Numbered from the stretch's first letter, positions 20,337-30,439 are shown. The stretch: 64,000 nt of DNA from a virus (IMGVR_UViG_3300020048_000018:1-64000), one strand, 5' to 3'. The notes: generated from the sequence alone by a model not told the origin. Made by a program: numbers and translations.

Positions 20337-20987
20337 ATGAATGAACAATTTAAGAGAGTATATGAGAAATCTCATTTAACCGAAGCTTCCAAGAAAACAA
20401 TTGTGGAAGATATAAACAATGGTGTTGAAGTAAATAAGATTTTCCAACAATGGGATAATATTAAAACTAAAAAGCAACAAGACGCTTTTACTAAGAAAGT
20501 TGTAGATATTAAATTTGGAACTTATGGTCAACTAAACATTCTTGATATTATTGCAAAATTTAATCGTGGAAATGCAAATGAAGTTTCTATTGAAGCTTTT
20601 ATTAAAGAAGTTAAACAGGCTTATAAACAGACTGGACTGAAAGAAAATAAAAGAGAAGATCAGATAGATAACTTTCATTATACCCAAGACTTACTTTATG
20701 ATAAGCAACGATCCTATTTAACTGGATATGGAATTAAACTAATAAAAACCGTTGATGGATTCAAAGTTGTAGGTGATGGTACAAAACACACGGGATATAT
20801 TAAGCTTAAACATATAACCAATAGTAGTGACCATTATCGAGTCTATGTAAAAATTAATCTTGGTTCTCATGGAGTTCAAATTAATAACCAGTTTAGTTTT
20901 TCTAATACTGAGGGACACCTAGAAACAAAGGGAAAATTTGTTGCAAGGTTTTATATGAACCTTGAAAGAATTTTAGAAAAAATGTAA
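20337..20987 (+). CDS. Hypothetical protein (possible internal virion protein)
   Basis: N-terminal ...SHLTEA and internal GLKE, LxE-type motifs. Confidence 0.6.
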   Translation: MNEQFKRVYEKSHLTEASKKTIVEDINNGVEVNKIFQQWDNIKTKKQQDAFTKKVVDIKFGTYGQLNILDIIAKFNRGNANEVSIEAFIKEVKQAYKQTGLKENKREDQIDNFHYTQDLLYDKQRSYLTGYGIKLIKTVDGFKVVGDGTKHTGYIKLKHITNSSDHYRVYVKINLGSHGVQINNQFSFSNTEGHLETKGKFVARFYMNLERILEKM

Positions 20988-21088
20988 ATGCAAAAGGATG
21001 GACAAATCCTGTACATCCTACTAATAAATAAGAGCGTATTTAATACACCAAACACCTCTACAGTAACTACTAGAAATATGGAGCTTAA

Positions 21089-21745
21089 ATGAATTTTTTT
21101 AAACGGTTTTTTTCAGAAGTGATAGACTTCTTTGTAACAAAAGTTGTAAATTATCTTGCAATGATGTTGGTTTTAATCGCAGTACTTTGCAAGTTCTTTC
21201 CTACGCAGTATGGAGTTTTTGAGTCTAGTTCTATTATAATGTATATCATTATGGGGTTTACGGGACTCAGTATACTTTCAATAGTTATTTTTAGCATATA
21301 TGATTTTATTTTAGACTTAAGACTTTTTGTTTTTGTATCAACAGTAGGTATACAGATATCCTCTCTATTAAAAAGTATTAAATACTCACCTAAGGCAAAT
21401 AAAACAATAGAACTGGCAAAAAAATACTCTACAGATTTAAACACAATTAAATATTTAGAGAAAATAAGTATGGTAGCTACATTTGAAACTCTTGCCTTTG
21501 CTAATGTTCATTTCGGTTATTTATTGATACCGGCACTTCAAATCTTTGGATTAATAAACTTTACTTTCTTTAGTCCTTCTTCCTTTATAATGCTTATGTT
21601 TGGAAGTTTAACCAAGTTCTGTATAGTTGGCTTCTTTCTTAGATACATTATGCCATTTTATTTAACTATGAATCTATCCATTGTTTCAGAAAATTACAAC
21701 AAAGTTATTTATTTTTATCAAGTTATTCACTCTCCAAAGAAATAG
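21089..21745 (+). CDS. Multi-pass membrane protein
   Basis: Four or more hydrophobic segments. Confidence 0.7.
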   Translation: MNFFKRFFSEVIDFFVTKVVNYLAMMLVLIAVLCKFFPTQYGVFESSSIIMYIIMGFTGLSILSIVIFSIYDFILDLRLFVFVSTVGIQISSLLKSIKYSPKANKTIELAKKYSTDLNTIKYLEKISMVATFETLAFANVHFGYLLIPALQIFGLINFTFFSPSSFIMLMFGSLTKFCIVGFFLRYIMPFYLTMNLSIVSENYNKVIYFYQVIHSPKK

Positions 21746-21781
21746 CAACTAATTAAAAAACAACTATATGGAGAGTTTTAT

Positions 21782-22678
21782 ATGTCAACAAGTGCAATTT
21801 TCATAGTCCCTAACAACCAAAGTCAAGAGTTCTTGGTTACAAAAGCAAGGGAAGATGGTTTCCCTGAAGTAATTTTTCAGGACATAGGTAATTACAATAC
21901 TGAGCTTAAAGCAAGAGCATTATGTAGGATTAAAGAGTTTGAGAATCTTGAAAAAACAATTGAAGAAATTGAAATTCTACCTGATGGTTGTAAACATCAA
22001 AAAATAAAGTTCTCTTATGGATTTAGTGGACTTAGAACCCTTCTTAAACGAAAGGAGTTCGATAATCAAGATTATTATTACCTTTTCACTAAGGGTAGAT
22101 GGCTATGGTCAGATAATGCTGATGCAATTATTGCGTTCGTTAAAGATGGAAGTCTTACAATGGCAGATAGCTTTGTACAGTTATTTGAAAATGATTTTCT
22201 GGATTATGTCAGAGAAGGTCAAGTTGAAAACGAAATCGATTCCCCTGAACTCAATGCCTATAAAAAGGTTTTCTCTGAAAAAGCATTCGTGGAATATTTT
22301 CATAACAAACTTAAAGATTATAATTCTTATTTCGAGAAGTCACAATTATGTTTCTTCTACAAACCTTGGATAATTAAAAATGAAAGAGGTGTAGCATCGT
22401 CTATCCGTTTCAATATTCTAAAAACTCTCAAACGTATCAAACGTATGAAAGAAACTATGGAACCTAGAAAAAACAGAGCAGTCGAGGAAGATGAAAATGT
22501 TGAAGGTGAGTGTCCTACTTGTGGATGCAGAACTATTGATGGATGGACAACAGAGGAACTCGACTACACTTATCCACACTGTCCAGATTGTGGAAGTTCC
22601 CTAATGGACGGGGAAGAAGTTATTAACGGTTCAATTGTTAGTAAGGAAACTTCTAATAGGGTAAAATCTGGAAATTAA
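21782..22678 (+). CDS. Hypothetical protein with C-terminal Zn ribbon
   Basis: CPTCG...CPDCG; preceded by CAACTAATTA. Confidence 0.7.
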   Translation: MSTSAIFIVPNNQSQEFLVTKAREDGFPEVIFQDIGNYNTELKARALCRIKEFENLEKTIEEIEILPDGCKHQKIKFSYGFSGLRTLLKRKEFDNQDYYYLFTKGRWLWSDNADAIIAFVKDGSLTMADSFVQLFENDFLDYVREGQVENEIDSPELNAYKKVFSEKAFVEYFHNKLKDYNSYFEKSQLCFFYKPWIIKNERGVASSIRFNILKTLKRIKRMKETMEPRKNRAVEEDENVEGECPTCGCRTIDGWTTEELDYTYPHCPDCGSSLMDGEEVINGSIVSKETSNRVKSGN

Positions 22679-22692
22679 TACAAGGAAATAAT

Positions 22693-22980
22693 ATGTATAA
22701 GACATTTAGTAGAGATAAAGTTACACAATTCAGTGCTATTGACTTGGTACAAGAATTACAACTTTATTATAAAGGTCAAAGTGACACCAAGGTAAGTGAT
22801 TATTTAAGAACTTATGGTGAGTATGTTGGAATGAGGAATGATTCTTTCCAAGAAGCTACCTACATAACAGATCATTTTAGCTATGATTTTAAAAATGATA
22901 CGGATGAAGAGTTCCATGTAGCATCCGAATATCTAATAAAGAAATTTGGTCATTTTGACATTGTTTGGATTTCTTGGTAG
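22693..22980 (+). CDS. Hypothetical protein
   Basis: ORF track, RBS AAGGA. Confidence 0.65.
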   Translation: MYKTFSRDKVTQFSAIDLVQELQLYYKGQSDTKVSDYLRTYGEYVGMRNDSFQEATYITDHFSYDFKNDTDEEFHVASEYLIKKFGHFDIVWISW

Positions 22981-22983
22981 GTT

Positions 22984-23157
22984 CTAACTAAAGATTTGGT
23001 CTTCTTGTTTTCTTTTGGACTTGGTTTCAGAATTTTCTGTCTCTTTTGAAAATCTTTCCTGAAACCAATCCTCAAACGAAATATATGTACCATGAGATCC
23101 AAAAGCAATTGCATTATTCCAACACTCGTTCAATAATTCTTTTGTCCTAGCATCCAT
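22984..23157 (-). CDS. Small hypothetical protein (57 aa)
   Basis: Manual translation MDARTKELLNECWNN...; RBS GAGGAAG. Confidence 0.5.
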   Translation of the reverse strand: MDARTKELLNECWNNAIAFGSHGTYISFEDWFQERFSKETENSETKSKRKQEDQIFS

Positions 23158-23158
23158 G

Positions 23159-23311
23159 TTATTCTTCCTCAGTTTTTAGTATCAGTCCAAAAATATTAGC
23201 TTTAATAATACTGATTCCACATTCTTTGCAAAAATATATTGTATTTTCATAAAAAGAAAATATCATCAATTTATCATTGTATTTTCCACACCCCGCACAA
23301 GGGTACTCCAT
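23159..23311 (-). CDS. Small Zn-ribbon protein (50 aa)
   Basis: Manual translation MEYPCAGCGK...FCKECG; coupled to the upstream stop. Confidence 0.55.
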   Translation of the reverse strand: MEYPCAGCGKYNDKLMIFSFYENTIYFCKECGISIIKANIFGLILKTEEE

Positions 23312-24060
23312 CAATTCAGTCCCTTCAACATCTCATTAATTTGCCAATTAAGTTTGGCAATTTTTTCTATATACACTTTTGAGTTGTTATCATCCATGTA
23401 CAACTTCTTATTAATCTCAATCATAATACTACTCACGTTTTCATTTTTACGGTAGTACTTGATGGGAACCATTGTACCACCATAGGGAGTATTTATTTTA
23501 ACTGAATACCCCTTGTTCTTAAAATATCCTGTAACATAGTCTATCAGGTGTTTCGGGGTATGATAAAAATCTGTACCGATACAGATATCGGGGCGGTCTT
23601 TTGTCTCGACTGACTCAAATGGTAGAGGGTTATTATTAAAACTGTGGCAGTCAATAATTATTGCTATACCCGTTTCTTTCAATTTGGTTGTTACCATTTT
23701 GGTAAACTTTGCATGGTAGGGCTTGAAGTATTTTCGATACACGTAGGATTTAAGTGCCGTGTTTCTTATAACTTCTCCCTGACTATTCTTTGTATAAAAG
23801 TAGCCCCTCCCGATATCATCCATAGAATCTTTTTTGAATCTTTCAACATCACACCACAATCTACTGAAAGTAGAAACAAGTGATGTATAGGGAGTTTGAA
23901 AAATTATATTTGTGTGATGATCAGTACTTTGTTCAATATCCCTTTCAAGTATACTCTTGTCGAAATAGCTGAGTTTACCAAAAGGGAATTGAGTTCCACT
24001 ATGAGGGATATGCATAATTATGCTATCCTGTATTTCTGAACTAAAAATATTAACAACCAT
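23311..24060 (-). CDS. N-formylglutamate amidohydrolase family protein (HutG/FGase-like)
   Basis: HIPHSG, TD, SRLWCDVER, DCHSF, DICIG, PYGG and IEIN motifs. Confidence 0.9.
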   Translation of the reverse strand: MVVNIFSSEIQDSIIMHIPHSGTQFPFGKLSYFDKSILERDIEQSTDHHTNIIFQTPYTSLVSTFSRLWCDVERFKKDSMDDIGRGYFYTKNSQGEVIRNTALKSYVYRKYFKPYHAKFTKMVTTKLKETGIAIIIDCHSFNNNPLPFESVETKDRPDICIGTDFYHTPKHLIDYVTGYFKNKGYSVKINTPYGGTMVPIKYYRKNENVSSIMIEINKKLYMDDNNSKVYIEKIAKLNWQINEMLKGLN

Positions 24061-24079
24061 ACATACCCCCTTAGTTTAA

Positions 24080-24364
24080 TTAAGCACTCTCACTGTACTT
24101 GTTTTTTAAGTTTGAGTTATTCTTGAAATACTCCAAACACGCAGTAAAACCCTGAGAAGTTAAAGCCTCATATGCCTTACGATGATCTCCATTAAGGATG
24201 TAAAAATGTTGCATTTGACCGAGTACAAGTGCCGTAGTATCGCAACCATAAATATACTCATCATAATTATTATAGGACACATAGAATTCTTCAGAATCAA
24301 AACTTACAGAATTAGGAATTAACAGTGGAATTCCATTAAAGTTTTTGGTGCTAACAGTAGTCAT
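24080..24364 (-). CDS. Hypothetical protein
   Basis: Follows a conserved promoter copy and RBS AAGGAGA. Confidence 0.75.
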   Translation of the reverse strand: MTTVSTKNFNGIPLLIPNSVSFDSEEFYVSYNNYDEYIYGCDTTALVLGQMQHFYILNGDHRKAYEALTSQGFTACLEYFKNNSNLKNKYSESA

Positions 24365-24387
24365 ATTTTTTCTCCTTGTTTTACCCT

Positions 24388-24430
24388 ACATATATAATAT
24401 ATAGGGTTTTTATAAAAAGTTCAAAACTTT
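24388..24430 (-). promoter_or_regulatory. Conserved phage early promoter, copy 1
   Basis: AAAGTTTTGAACTTT-N-CCTATATATTATAT on the minus strand. Confidence 0.8.
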
Positions 24431-24440
24431 ATCAAGAAAC

Positions 24441-25157
24441 TTACGAAATCCGTTTAGAAGTTTTGTCTTCTTTCCCTGAAATCCGAGCTGTTTTCTGTAC
24501 AATTTTTAGGGGAGTATCCCACTTACCAATAGAGAGATTGACATAAAAATTGGTATCAAAATAATCTGTCTGAGAATCAGAATCATCATAGTTATAAGAA
24601 CTCACCATCTTATAAATATCCGACATTACGGATTTAGCATAATCGGTAAGAATCACACAATCCATTATATAATAGTGATTAACTTGACAACAACCCTGTG
24701 CTATAGTTTTTTTATAGTCATCTGACTCCCTTCCCCATTGGTCTACAGTTGGGACTTCTTCAGGAGACTTGAACATATTTACAGGAGCTTCCATCATGGA
24801 GATATGAATACTGTTGTAATCTGATTTAGAGATAGAAAACTTGAAGTTGGGATATACAAACTTTACATAATCTCTCATGATTTTGGTGATATCTTTAACC
24901 CGAAGGTTTCTATCATATCGTTCACCTTCCCAACCCTGCTGAGTATAGAAACTTCGTTTGTATTCAGTGGAAGTTTCAGTTGAAGTTGACTTGTACTGAG
25001 GGGCGTGTTTTAAGAAAATAAACACTTCGTCAAACTCTGCATTAATTTCCTGCATAGTCAAGGTGTCTCCACCTTTGTCTGGATGATTTAAAAGAGCTAG
25101 TGATTTATAGAGGGTTTTTGCCTCTTCGATGTTGGTTGCCTTGTTAAAATATTTCAT
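24441..25157 (-). CDS. J-domain (DnaJ-like) protein fused to LPD29-like polyvalent domain
   Basis: YKSLALLNHPDKGG...MQEINAEF J-domain; C-terminal SYNYDDSDSQTDYFDTNFY motif. Confidence 0.8.
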   Translation of the reverse strand: MKYFNKATNIEEAKTLYKSLALLNHPDKGGDTLTMQEINAEFDEVFIFLKHAPQYKSTSTETSTEYKRSFYTQQGWEGERYDRNLRVKDITKIMRDYVKFVYPNFKFSISKSDYNSIHISMMEAPVNMFKSPEEVPTVDQWGRESDDYKKTIAQGCCQVNHYYIMDCVILTDYAKSVMSDIYKMVSSYNYDDSDSQTDYFDTNFYVNLSIGKWDTPLKIVQKTARISGKEDKTSKRIS

Positions 25158-25178
25158 GTTTATCTCCTTTTAGTACCT

Positions 25179-25222
25179 TACATATATAATATATAGGAGT
25201 TTTCTAAAAAGTTCAAAACTTT
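25179..25222 (-). promoter_or_regulatory. Conserved phage early promoter, copy 2
   Basis: Same consensus, minus strand. Confidence 0.8.
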
Positions 25223-25249
25223 ATCAAGAATTCGTTCATTTTTCAAGAC

Positions 25250-25852
25250 TTATGCAGTTAATTCTTCGGATTGGATATCTTCTTTTGGGATTGGTGCAGT
25301 TTTATATCGTCTATATATAACTTCAGATTTCCCATAAACACTGGCAAATATTCCATTTGGGTCATACATAGGGTTATACGGGTCTCTTTTATACTCAATA
25401 AAGCCAGTTTTTTCATATAAAGTGGATAAAAACCCATCAAAATGGTCTAAATACTTGGCTCCTTCGATAATTGCACTATCTACAAGTTCATGCCCGATTC
25501 CACTGATAGAACTGGCATTATGAACGGCAACCAGTTCACTTATTTCACCATTAAACTCTTTTAATGCAAAACCTATGTCATAATCCTGCAATTTAAACGT
25601 CTTCATTTGCTTGAAGTCTTCTATAGTATAGGGGGTTAACATCATGGCATGTTTGGCTTTTTTAAAAGAATGATAAAAACTTGTTGGGTCAGTATCCCAA
25701 TCTCCAAACTTTAACTTCTTAATAATATCATGACGGGCTTTCTCGGTCTCTTTATCTCCAATTTTCTCAGTTAAACTTGTGGAAAACAGTTGAGTCATTT
25801 GAAAAGTGGATTCTGCAATTAAAGCATATTTATTCTGTGTTGTTATTATCAT
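25250..25852 (-). CDS. Hypothetical protein with GNAT-like C-terminal domain
   Basis: ELVAVHN...GIGHELVDSAI..GA..LD.FDGFLSTLYEKTGF pattern; preceded by CAACTAATTT. Confidence 0.5.
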   Translation of the reverse strand: MIITTQNKYALIAESTFQMTQLFSTSLTEKIGDKETEKARHDIIKKLKFGDWDTDPTSFYHSFKKAKHAMMLTPYTIEDFKQMKTFKLQDYDIGFALKEFNGEISELVAVHNASSISGIGHELVDSAIIEGAKYLDHFDGFLSTLYEKTGFIEYKRDPYNPMYDPNGIFASVYGKSEVIYRRYKTAPIPKEDIQSEELTA

Positions 25853-25903
25853 TTTAAATTAGTTGAAATGTTAATATATGTTTAGACACAGGAGTATTAG
25901 AAA

Positions 25904-26413
25904 ATGAAAGTATCAATTCATTGTCCCATTGGGATATCAGGAAGCGGTAAATCCTATTTAGGAAAGAAACTTGCAGAAACAGTAGAAAATATGGTTATAG
26001 TTTGTCCAGATGATGAACGTAAACGACTGACAGGCAACATATCAGATCAATCTCAAAATGATAAAGTTTTTTCAAATTGCTATGGACAAGTTAAAGATGC
26101 CCTGAGAAATAACAAGGATGTTTATTTCAGCGCATTAAACCTATCTCACAAAGACAGAAAAATGCTTTTTCTTATTGCCAGTACACTTAAAGCAGATGTT
26201 ATTGCCTATGTATTGGAAGACTCTTTCGACCCAGACCTTTGTTTAGCCCGAGTAAATAAAGACCTTAAAAAAGGGGTGGAGAGATCAAATACCGCTACTA
26301 TTATTGAGGGAGAATCAATTGTGTATCGTCAGCACAAAAAGTTTATGGCATACTATGCCAATATTAAAAATGATAAGTTTGCAGATATAATTATCGTTAG
26401 GAGCAAGGTATGA
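25904..26413 (+). CDS. AAA_33 / polynucleotide-kinase-like P-loop protein
   Basis: GISGSGKS, VCPDDER, CLARV. Confidence 0.8.
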   Translation: MKVSIHCPIGISGSGKSYLGKKLAETVENMVIVCPDDERKRLTGNISDQSQNDKVFSNCYGQVKDALRNNKDVYFSALNLSHKDRKMLFLIASTLKADVIAYVLEDSFDPDLCLARVNKDLKKGVERSNTATIIEGESIVYRQHKKFMAYYANIKNDKFADIIIVRSKV

Positions 26414-26592
26414 TAGTGGTAACATGGTATGATTCCAGTAGAGAAGGGTATTTTCCTAACATGACTTTCCTTGAAGAATACACTTTTATACCTCGAAATG
26501 AAAATGAATTTGCAGAGATTCAACAAACTCTTTGCGTGAAAATGTACAATGATGAAGCAAAAATAGTGGATTTTAAGCTAATTAGTAGCTAA
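26410..26592 (+). CDS. Small hypothetical protein
   Basis: ORF track; ATGA overlap with the previous gene. Confidence 0.55.
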   Translation: MIVVTWYDSSREGYFPNMTFLEEYTFIPRNENEFAEIQQTLCVKMYNDEAKIVDFKLISS

Positions 26593-26611
26593 AACCCCAT
26601 ATTTAGCGTAT

Positions 26612-26652
26612 AAAGTTTTGAACTTTTCCTGTAAGTCCTATATATTATATGT
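26612..26652 (+). promoter_or_regulatory. Conserved phage early promoter, copy 3
   Basis: Consensus match upstream of rIIA. Confidence 0.8.
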
Positions 26653-26675
26653 AACAAGGGGTTTTTAATACTAAT

Positions 26676-29270
26676 ATGATTACTACTATAGAAACGACTA
26701 AAATAACAACAAACCTGACAAATAAGAAGAAATTTTCTATAGCGGAATCTCCGAAAGCCTATGAAATTCTATCTAAGCTGTTATATAAAAATCCTGTGAG
26801 GGCGGTTATTAGGGAACTCTCCTGTAATGCCATTGACGCAAATGTGGATGGTAACTCCACTACACCCTTTAAGATTCATCTTCCCTCAGAGGTATATCCC
26901 GAGTTTTATGTAGAAGATTCTGGTATTGGTATGACAGAGGAAGAAGTAAATACTATCTATAAGACCTACTTTGCTTCCAGTAAAAATGGGTCAAATACAA
27001 CTATTGGAGGACTTGGACTTGGTTCAAAATCCCCCTTTTCCCTTGTTAGTCTTTTTAACATTCGTACAACCAAACAAGGAATAACCTCAAACTATGTAGC
27101 TTTTAAGGATGAGGAAGGAATCCCTTCCTGTTCTAAAGTAAACGAATATGAAGCAAAAGAGGGTGAATGTGGAACTCGAATTTCGTTTTCAATTGAAAAT
27201 AAATTAATTGATAGTTTTGCGAACGAAGCCTTTATTGTTATTTGTTCCTTGAAAGAATTACCCACTATTGTAAATGGCAAAGAAAAAATGATAAGTCGCC
27301 AGTTCAATAGCAGTACTAAAAAGTTTGAAACCTTCCACAAAGAAATATACTCGGTTCTTACACAAGAGCATATTACCCCAGAGCATTCAAACTTAATCTC
27401 TAAATGGTATGGGTCTTCAGGAGAAACCTTTGTAAATATGGGAGGGGTTGTTTATCCAGTAGACTTTTCCTTCTTGTTTGATACCGAAAATTTTCTAAGG
27501 AGAAACACTTTTGATAAAGAGTTCTTGAAATCTTTTATTAATCAATGGAAGGGAAAAAACTCTATAATAATGTTACAAGCAGATATTGGCTCATTGAATA
27601 TTCAACCCTCTAGGGAAGAACTTTCTTATGACTCTAAAACCATAGAACTTATTTTAGACAAAGTTTTTGTTCTTATAAGAGACTATGTAAATACAAACCT
27701 AACTACGTCATCTAGGAAGCTCTCGACAGAAGCCTTTTTGAGATTTCTTAAGCATACAAACATTTATAGACAGTATGAAAAACTTGGGGCTAATTCTGGA
27801 TATTTTTCAAAACTACTAACTGAGGAGTTTTCAAAGGAAGTTTGCAGAATACAAGAAATAGACTCTTTTAATAGTAAAGACTTTATTCAGGATAAAGATT
27901 TTCTCTACCTGAAAACAGGGTTTGAGAAAGAGGTATTTAGAAGATCCTATGGTACCAGAAAACACATAATGTATTCTGTAGGTTCCTTTAAGGATGCGTT
28001 GTATCCCTCTGAAGTTCAGATAGTCCCGATAATCCTTGATTCTAAAAAGTTTTTAAAGCTCTTAAGAAATACAAATGGTTATAATGACTATGCTAATAGT
28101 GAATTCACGCTTACTTACAAAGAGTTTAAGGAAAAGTTTAAGACACTCATGACCGAAGATATGTGCAAAAAATATAACATATCCTATCCTGAGATTTCTG
28201 AAACCACCCTCATACTATTGAATGAGGATTGGGAAACAAGAACATCTCTCAGGGATTATTTTTCAAACGTGGGAATTAATACTATCCTAAAGTTTAGTGA
28301 ACTTGAAAATATATATAAGAAGGTAAAACCTGTTTCTGAAAAAAAGAAAAAGGATTTAACTCCACATTCCAAGAAAGAAGAACTAAGTATTATGTATGTT
28401 TCCCCAAAACTTGATGATAAACTTTCAAAATCAAAAATTTCTCATAGTCATTGCTCTGTTTCTCAGTTGGAATCTGTGTTAGATATTGGTGAAAAAGTAT
28501 ACTTCATTGTAAGTTCGGGTAACAAGGAAGTGTATATAAAACCCAGTCTTAGGGTCAAGACTACCCGTATTGCAGAAGTAGAGCAAGTGTCATCCTCGAA
28601 TGACTATTATAGTAAGCTTCATTTTAGTAGGATTAGGGATCTTGTTGACTCCGAGGGAGAGGTTTACTCTCTGATAGTAAAAATACCATTTTACTTTTAC
28701 AAGGGTGAAAAGTTGTTTAATAATACAAACTTTGTAGATTATTATGACAACGTTGTTGATATGTATTCTAAGAAGTTGGAGGATGCAACAATCATGTATA
28801 AGTCTAGTATTAATCATCTTCATCTGGAAAACATTATTGGAACAACCTCAGATATAAGACTAAAAATACTAAAGTTGTTTGAGAAATACACCAATTTTCA
28901 AGAGTCTCCTTTTTATACTAGGATTGAATCTTTTGATATAGAGAATATCAATAAATCAAAAGATGTCATTTGCAAGGTTTTTGACTCGGATAGCCAGCAA
29001 GTACTTCACAGAATCTATAAGATAAAGTATCATGAAAATGAAAAGAAGCTATCTTCTTTTGATAAAATTATCAGTAAGGCAAAAAAAATAAATAGCACTT
29101 ATGTGTTAGATGGCTCGAAAGAACTCTCCGAACACTATCCAATGCTAAAGTATTTCAATGCATCCAAACCCGGTTGTGCCTCCCATAAGTCTATCCCTGA
29201 AAAAGATAGATTTATAGAAGACATAGTTCATTACATAGCCACTATTGACAATCTAAAATTGATTGTCTAA
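26676..29270 (+). CDS. rIIA: rIIA-like protein (GHKL/HSP90-type ATPase N-terminus)
   Basis: IRELSCNAIDA, VEDSGIGMT, SSK...IGGLGLGSKSPFS, GTRISF; followed by an rIIB-like gene. Confidence 0.9.
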   Translation: MITTIETTKITTNLTNKKKFSIAESPKAYEILSKLLYKNPVRAVIRELSCNAIDANVDGNSTTPFKIHLPSEVYPEFYVEDSGIGMTEEEVNTIYKTYFASSKNGSNTTIGGLGLGSKSPFSLVSLFNIRTTKQGITSNYVAFKDEEGIPSCSKVNEYEAKEGECGTRISFSIENKLIDSFANEAFIVICSLKELPTIVNGKEKMISRQFNSSTKKFETFHKEIYSVLTQEHITPEHSNLISKWYGSSGETFVNMGGVVYPVDFSFLFDTENFLRRNTFDKEFLKSFINQWKGKNSIIMLQADIGSLNIQPSREELSYDSKTIELILDKVFVLIRDYVNTNLTTSSRKLSTEAFLRFLKHTNIYRQYEKLGANSGYFSKLLTEEFSKEVCRIQEIDSFNSKDFIQDKDFLYLKTGFEKEVFRRSYGTRKHIMYSVGSFKDALYPSEVQIVPIILDSKKFLKLLRNTNGYNDYANSEFTLTYKEFKEKFKTLMTEDMCKKYNISYPEISETTLILLNEDWETRTSLRDYFSNVGINTILKFSELENIYKKVKPVSEKKKKDLTPHSKKEELSIMYVSPKLDDKLSKSKISHSHCSVSQLESVLDIGEKVYFIVSSGNKEVYIKPSLRVKTTRIAEVEQVSSSNDYYSKLHFSRIRDLVDSEGEVYSLIVKIPFYFYKGEKLFNNTNFVDYYDNVVDMYSKKLEDATIMYKSSINHLHLENIIGTTSDIRLKILKLFEKYTNFQESPFYTRIESFDIENINKSKDVICKVFDSDSQQVLHRIYKIKYHENEKKLSSFDKIISKAKKINSTYVLDGSKELSEHYPMLKYFNASKPGCASHKSIPEKDRFIEDIVHYIATIDNLKLIV

Positions 29271-29297
29271 GTGTAGAAAAAGTACGGAGGAACAGTT

Positions 29298-30401
29298 ATG
29301 TCAGCATCATTTATTATGACAACAAATGGTATCAGTTTGTTTTGCAAAAACAAGTCATATGCCATCAACCGTGATCACGTCAATTATGATTTGATCGTAG
29401 AAGCAATTAAGGATAACGCCAGCGAAGATGACCTTTACCCTCTTGTTGACCTTAAAGCCTTGATTGTGAAAAAAACTTATGGAGATACAGAAAACTATTT
29501 CTTCTTTAAAGAAGAAAATGATTCTTCTATCTACCTTAAGCTGGGGTATCTTGAAGATGATATCTTGCTCGATGGTTCACTCGCAAAACGTTTGATTATT
29601 ATGATCAAGCATCAGATGCCAGTAGAAAATCTTCTTGAATTTGTTAAGAAGTTGTATAAAAACCCTTCTTACACTTCGGTACACCAACTCTTCGGGTTTC
29701 TTGAAAAGAACAAGTTACCTATCACGGCATCAGGAAACTTCCTTGCCTACAAGAAAGTAGGGTATGATTACAAAGACCTTTACTCAGGGAATTTTGATAA
29801 TTCAATTGGAACGTCCCCAAGGATGAACAGAAATGAAGTTGAAGATAATCCTCAGGTAACTTGTTCCTTTGGTCTTCATGCATGTTCTTTCGAGTATCTT
29901 GAACACTTTGGGTCTAACTCTTCGGATGAAAACGAAAACTTCTTTAATCGAGTTATGGTTGTTGAGGTTGACCCTTCAAATGTTGTTTCCGTCCCAGAAG
30001 ATTACAACAACGCAAAGATTCGAACCTGTGGGTATACCGTTATTGATGAAATCCCTAATGATATTGAGGGTAAAATCTCTGACTGGTTCTATGGTAAACA
30101 TGAAGAGGGTTGGATTATGAAAACTTTCACAAAAGTCTCGGAATTCTACACCTCGTTTTACGAGTCAAAGAGAATTAAAGACTTTGATCAGTTACCTGAA
30201 TCAGTTATTAAAGGTGAGGATATTACCTCAGCCCTGATTGAAAGGTTTGTAATCCTTGCAAAAAAGACTTTCCCAGAGATTACACCAATTGGTCCCCTCA
30301 CTCAGGCATCTATTGATTCAGCTTTAATGAGTTCCATTGATTCTCCCAAGACATTGATGGGACTTCTATCTCAGGTAGACACCAAAGTTTTGGTTAACTG
30401 A
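29298..30401 (+). CDS. rIIB: rIIB-like protein
   Basis: LYKNPS...QLFGFL...LPIT..G.FLAYKKV...YKD.YSG...N..G....M.RN.V.D.....CS.GLH.C...Y...F....R...V.VDP..VVSVP.DY...K.R.C.Y. Confidence 0.9.
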   Translation: MSASFIMTTNGISLFCKNKSYAINRDHVNYDLIVEAIKDNASEDDLYPLVDLKALIVKKTYGDTENYFFFKEENDSSIYLKLGYLEDDILLDGSLAKRLIIMIKHQMPVENLLEFVKKLYKNPSYTSVHQLFGFLEKNKLPITASGNFLAYKKVGYDYKDLYSGNFDNSIGTSPRMNRNEVEDNPQVTCSFGLHACSFEYLEHFGSNSSDENENFFNRVMVVEVDPSNVVSVPEDYNNAKIRTCGYTVIDEIPNDIEGKISDWFYGKHEEGWIMKTFTKVSEFYTSFYESKRIKDFDQLPESVIKGEDITSALIERFVILAKKTFPEITPIGPLTQASIDSALMSSIDSPKTLMGLLSQVDTKVLVN

Positions 30402-30402
30402 A

Positions 30403-30435
30403 AATAGGGTAAGGGAGAGATTCCTTGCCTTATTT
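30403..30435 (+). terminator. 14-bp stem with GAGA tetraloop after rIIB
   Basis: aatagggtaaggga-gaga-ttccttgccttatt, directly before promoter copy 4. Confidence 0.6.
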
Positions 30436-30439
30436 CAAC

